Source: an uncultured Steroidobacteraceae bacterium
Lineage (GTDB): Bacteria; Pseudomonadota; Gammaproteobacteria; Steroidobacterales; Steroidobacteraceae
Assembly: GCA_964528845.1 (NCBI GenBank)
Contig: CAZGVE010000018.1
Location: 1,052-65,051, forward strand
Direction: 5' to 3'
Length of the DNA: 64,000 nucleotides
In this document: positions 63,529-64,000 of the stretch, piece by piece
Position numbering within the stretch: position 1 is the stretch's first letter
How the letters are laid out: the number at the start of each line of letters is the position of its first letter
Made by a program: the position numbers and the translations under genes
Notes under the pieces: model-generated
The model's input: only the letters and a program-made list of their open reading frames with translations
Databases searched by the model: none
Told to the model about the DNA's origin: nothing

Positions 63529-64000
63529 ATGGACAGCAACGACATCCCTGCCATTGCCACCGCGGCGGTCCCCCCGGACCCGCCCGGCGCGGAAGCGCTC
63601 GACGCCTATTCGAGCGCCGTGGTCGCGGTCGTCGACCGCGTAGGTCCCGCCGTGGTCAGCGTGCACGTGGGCCGGGCCCGCCAGGATGGCATCGTGCCGG
63701 CCGGCGGCGGCTCGGGCGTGATCGTGACTCCGGACGGCTACCTGCTGACCAACCAGCACGTCGTGCAGCACGCGGCGCGCGTCGGGATCACGCTGATAGA
63801 TGGGGACAGCATCGCTGCGACCGTGATCGCGCAGGACGCGTCGACCGACCTCGCGGTGCTGCGCGCGGCCGGTTCCGGCCTGCCCGCGGCGCCGCTGGCG
63901 GCGCGGGCGGCGCTGCGATCGGGGCAGCTGGTGGTGGCGATCGGCAATCCGTTCGGGTTCGAGGCCACCGTGTCCGCCGGCGTCGTCAGCGCGCAGGGCC
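63529..64000 (+). CDS. Trypsin-like (S1C, HtrA/DegP family) serine protease, N-terminal part (3' end outside window)
   Basis: The frame is open from ATG 63529 to the window edge. Sequence is AVVSVHVGR...GGGSGVIVTPDGYLLTNQHVV (catalytic His region), DASTDLAVLRA (Asp region), VVAIGNPFGFEATVSAGVVSA. Confidence 0.8.
   Translation, partial: MDSNDIPAIATAAVPPDPPGAEALDAYSSAVVAVVDRVGPAVVSVHVGRARQDGIVPAGGGSGVIVTPDGYLLTNQHVVQHAARVGITLIDGDSIAATVIAQDASTDLAVLRAAGSGLPAAPLAARAALRSGQLVVAIGNPFGFEATVSAGVVSAQG

Overview
GC-rich chromosomal segment with strongly GC3-biased codons. Gene order looks gammaproteobacterial and Pseudomonas-like, and no rRNA, tRNA, CRISPR or mobile-element genes were recognised. All identifications come from reading the translated ORFs and motifs by eye, with no database search. 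(1) 1-16.5 kb is a flagellar export and regulation cluster: fliJ', fliK, fliL, fliN, fliOPQR, flhB, flhA, flhF, flhG, fliA, motCD. It departs from the canonical layout in three ways. fliM is missing between fliL and fliN. An HDOD-domain gene with a sigma28-like promoter and an opposite-strand DUF4382 lipoprotein gene sit between fliN and fliO. No che genes lie between fliA and the stator genes. Sigma54-type -24/-12 elements precede fliL and fliO. (2) 16.5-29 kb is housekeeping: rpoD (with an apparent Ala/Lys/Pro/His-rich N-terminal extension), dnaG, yqeY, rpsU, tsaD, folB, folK, a pteridine-reductase-like SDR, a methyltransferase, cca, an aminopeptidase, an NDUFA9-like protein and hsp20. (3) 29-43 kb holds a split class II ribonucleotide reductase (nrdJa/nrdJb) behind an unusually AT-rich repeat-bearing leader, then mltD, an L,D-transpeptidase, ppnN, an orphan ParA-like ATPase with a repeat tail, htpG (clear sigma32 promoter), msrB, a hydrolase, HU, yggT, proC and yggS. 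(4) 43.9-47.3 kb has three tandem PilT-family ATPases. (5) 47.3-49.2 kb is a pucBAC (LH2 antenna) operon with a TGT-N12-ACA PpsR-type operator over its -35. It sits inside an otherwise conserved pilTU...pyrB-ruvX-algH-tonB-gshB-pilG synteny block. (6) 54.7-63.5 kb is a Pil-Chp chemosensory cluster (pilG, pilH, pilI, pilJ, chpA, chpC) with no CheR or CheB genes and a PilJ receptor that lacks a periplasmic domain. The window ends in a partial HtrA-like protease gene. No self-contained novel multi-gene system can be demonstrated. The best leads are the rewired flagellar locus, the sensor-less and adaptation-less Pil-Chp system, the displaced LH2 operon and the orphan ParA.
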